Below are positions 62,457 through 64,000 of a stretch of 64,000 nucleotides of DNA, one piece after another. Within the stretch, counting starts at the first letter, position 1; each line of letters opens with the position of its first letter. This DNA comes from Deltaproteobacteria bacterium (lineage in GTDB: Bacteria; Myxococcota_A; Bradymonadia; REDH01), in NCBI GenBank assembly GCA_007693585.1, contig REDH01000031.1, positions 2,711-66,710 of the forward strand, read 5' to 3'. The notes under the pieces were generated by a model, which made no database searches, was not told the origin of the DNA, and worked only from the letters and a program-made list of their open reading frames with translations. The position numbers and the translations under genes are program-made.

Positions 62457-63845
62457 ATGACCCATCGACTGCGCTTCGCCCCCAGCCCCACTGGAAACCT
62501 CCACATCGGCGGGGCCCGCACCGCCCTCTTCAACTGGCTTCAGGCACGCCACGCGGGGGGCAAGTTCCTCCTGCGCATCGAGGACACCGATATCGCTCGC
62601 TCCACCGAGGAGAGCAGGCAGGCCATCCTCGAGGCCCTCGACTGGCTCGGCCTCGATATCGACGAGGACATCGTACTGCAGTCCACCCGCCGCGACGTGC
62701 ACGTGGCCGCCGCGCTCCGACTCCTCGAGGAAGGCAAGGCGTACCGTTGCTACTGCACGCCCGAGGAACTCCAGGCCATGCGCGAGAAGGCGACCGCGGA
62801 GGGCCGCAGCCCGAAATACGACGGGACCTGGCGCAACCGGACCGACCATCCCCCCGAAGGAACCCCCTTCACCGTGCGGTTCGCGATGCCCCTCGACGGC
62901 ACGACCGTCATCGACGACATCGTCCTCGGTGAGATCACCGTCCCCAACGAGGAGCTCGACGACCTCATCATCCTGCGATCGGACGGTACCCCGACCTACA
63001 ACTTCGTCGTCGTCTGCGATGACGCCTTCATGGGCGTCACCACGGTCTGCCGCGGGCAGGACCACATGTCCAACACCTTTCGGCAGTTCCACATCTACCG
63101 TGCCCTCGGCCACGAGGTCCCCCGGTTCGCGCATCTCCCGCTCGTCGACGGCCTCTCCAAGCGCAAGGGGTCGGCCTCCGTCCAGCACTACCGTGACATC
63201 GGCTATCTCCGCGAGGCGGTCATCAACTACATCTCGCGCCTCGGATGGTCCCATGGCGACCAGGAGATCTTCTCCGTCGAGGAGCTCGTCGAGAAGTTCG
63301 ACCTCGCCGACGTCAACCGTTCGAGCGGCAAGTATGACGAGGTCAAGATGGCCTGGGTCAACGAGCAGTGGATCAAGCGTCTGCCCGCCGAGGAACTGGC
63401 CGTCCGTCTGCTGCCCTACCTGAGTGACCTCGGTGTCGAGACTTCCGCCGACGAACGCCTCGTCTCGCTCGTCCGCCAGCTCCAGGAGCGCAGCAAGACC
63501 CTCGTCGACATGGCCGAGGGAGCCCGCTTCGCCTTCCAGCGCCCCACAGCCTTCGACGAGAAGGCCGTGAAGAAGTGGATCAAGCCGGCGTCGCGTGCCG
63601 CCTTCGAGGAGATCCTCGCCGCCCTCCCCGGCCTCGATGCCTTCACTCCGGATGAACTCGAGGCCGCCATCAAGAGCGTCGCAGAACGCCACGAGCTCGG
63701 ACTCGGCAAGGTCGCCCAGCCCATCCGCATCGCGCTGACGGGCACCTCGGTGTCACCGCCCATCTTCGATGCCATCGCCATCGTGGGACGCGAGGAAACG
63801 GTGCATCGCATGCGCGCTGCGCTGCATCTGTACGACGACGCGTGA
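62457..63845 (+). CDS. gltX: Glutamate--tRNA ligase
   Basis: HIGG (PSPTGNLHIGGART) and KMSKS-like (LSKRKG) class I motifs. Confidence 0.9.
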   Translation: MTHRLRFAPSPTGNLHIGGARTALFNWLQARHAGGKFLLRIEDTDIARSTEESRQAILEALDWLGLDIDEDIVLQSTRRDVHVAAALRLLEEGKAYRCYCTPEELQAMREKATAEGRSPKYDGTWRNRTDHPPEGTPFTVRFAMPLDGTTVIDDIVLGEITVPNEELDDLIILRSDGTPTYNFVVVCDDAFMGVTTVCRGQDHMSNTFRQFHIYRALGHEVPRFAHLPLVDGLSKRKGSASVQHYRDIGYLREAVINYISRLGWSHGDQEIFSVEELVEKFDLADVNRSSGKYDEVKMAWVNEQWIKRLPAEELAVRLLPYLSDLGVETSADERLVSLVRQLQERSKTLVDMAEGARFAFQRPTAFDEKAVKKWIKPASRAAFEEILAALPGLDAFTPDELEAAIKSVAERHELGLGKVAQPIRIALTGTSVSPPIFDAIAIVGREETVHRMRAALHLYDDA

Positions 63846-63929
63846 GCCCAACGGGTCCGCACCTCCGCCGTCGTCGTCGCCGTCCCGCCGCACCGCTCAG
63901 GACCACGACCCCCAAGCCCGGATCATCCC

Positions 63930-64000
63930 ATGGCCTCGCCCGCCCTTCCCGACGAACTCCTCCTCGCCCTCGAGGGCACCAGCCTGAAGCTCCGCGAGGC
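63930..64000 (+). CDS. 5' end of an unidentified gene running off the window (MASPALPDELLLALEGTSLKLRE...)
   Basis: ATG with strong GC3 codon bias downstream. No stop before the window end. Confidence 0.3.
   Translation, partial: MASPALPDELLLALEGTSLKLRE

Overview
This is a high-GC (about 70%) chromosomal segment. A MYXO-CTERM-like sorting tail on an amidase (32445..34217) points to Myxococcota; that assignment is inference, not proof. Most of the window is conserved housekeeping genes. These include an rluB-family pseudouridine synthase (5' partial, with an 18-bp x6 tandem repeat tail), initiator tRNA-fMet, a MetH-N/MetF fusion, a divergent FNR-like/2Fe-2S ferredoxin pair, purT, a SurA-like PPIase, pnp-rpsO, a complete mreB-mreC-mreD-mrdA-rodA operon, trxA, a PpiD-like chaperone, tRNA-Gly, a GT4 glycosyltransferase, acyl-CoA dehydrogenase, a Ser/Thr kinase, a Clp-family double-AAA+ ATPase, nadD flanked by DUF2520 and NamZ(DUF1343), a family III CoA transferase, an SCP2 protein, skp, bamA, lolD plus a lolC/E permease, lysS, prfB (with the canonical +1 frameshift site visible in the sequence) and gltX. 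No CRISPR array, restriction-modification or Cas-like genes, transposases or integrases were seen. The segments most worth a second look are: (1) a 962-aa protein that appears to fuse a signal peptide, a gluzincin HEXXH protease, PD40 beta-propeller blades and a C-terminal Omp85-type barrel with no recognisable POTRA domains; (2) a three-gene minus-strand cluster of an M23 peptidase, a ParA-like ATPase with an N-terminal Cys4 zinc ribbon, and a translationally coupled ribbon-helix-helix protein; (3) an alkyltransferase-like protein with Cys replaced by Trp (PWHRV); (4) a 34-bp direct duplication at the 3' end of a small mazG gene; and (5) a Clp ATPase with a long basic low-complexity insert next to a Ser/Thr kinase. 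Start codons are mostly placed at the first ATG in the ORF-track frame that fits a signal peptide or conserved N-terminus. Some genes appear to use GTG/TTG starts, which the ORF track labels as M. Coordinates from my manual base counting (tRNAs, promoter, hairpins, repeats) may be off by about one base.
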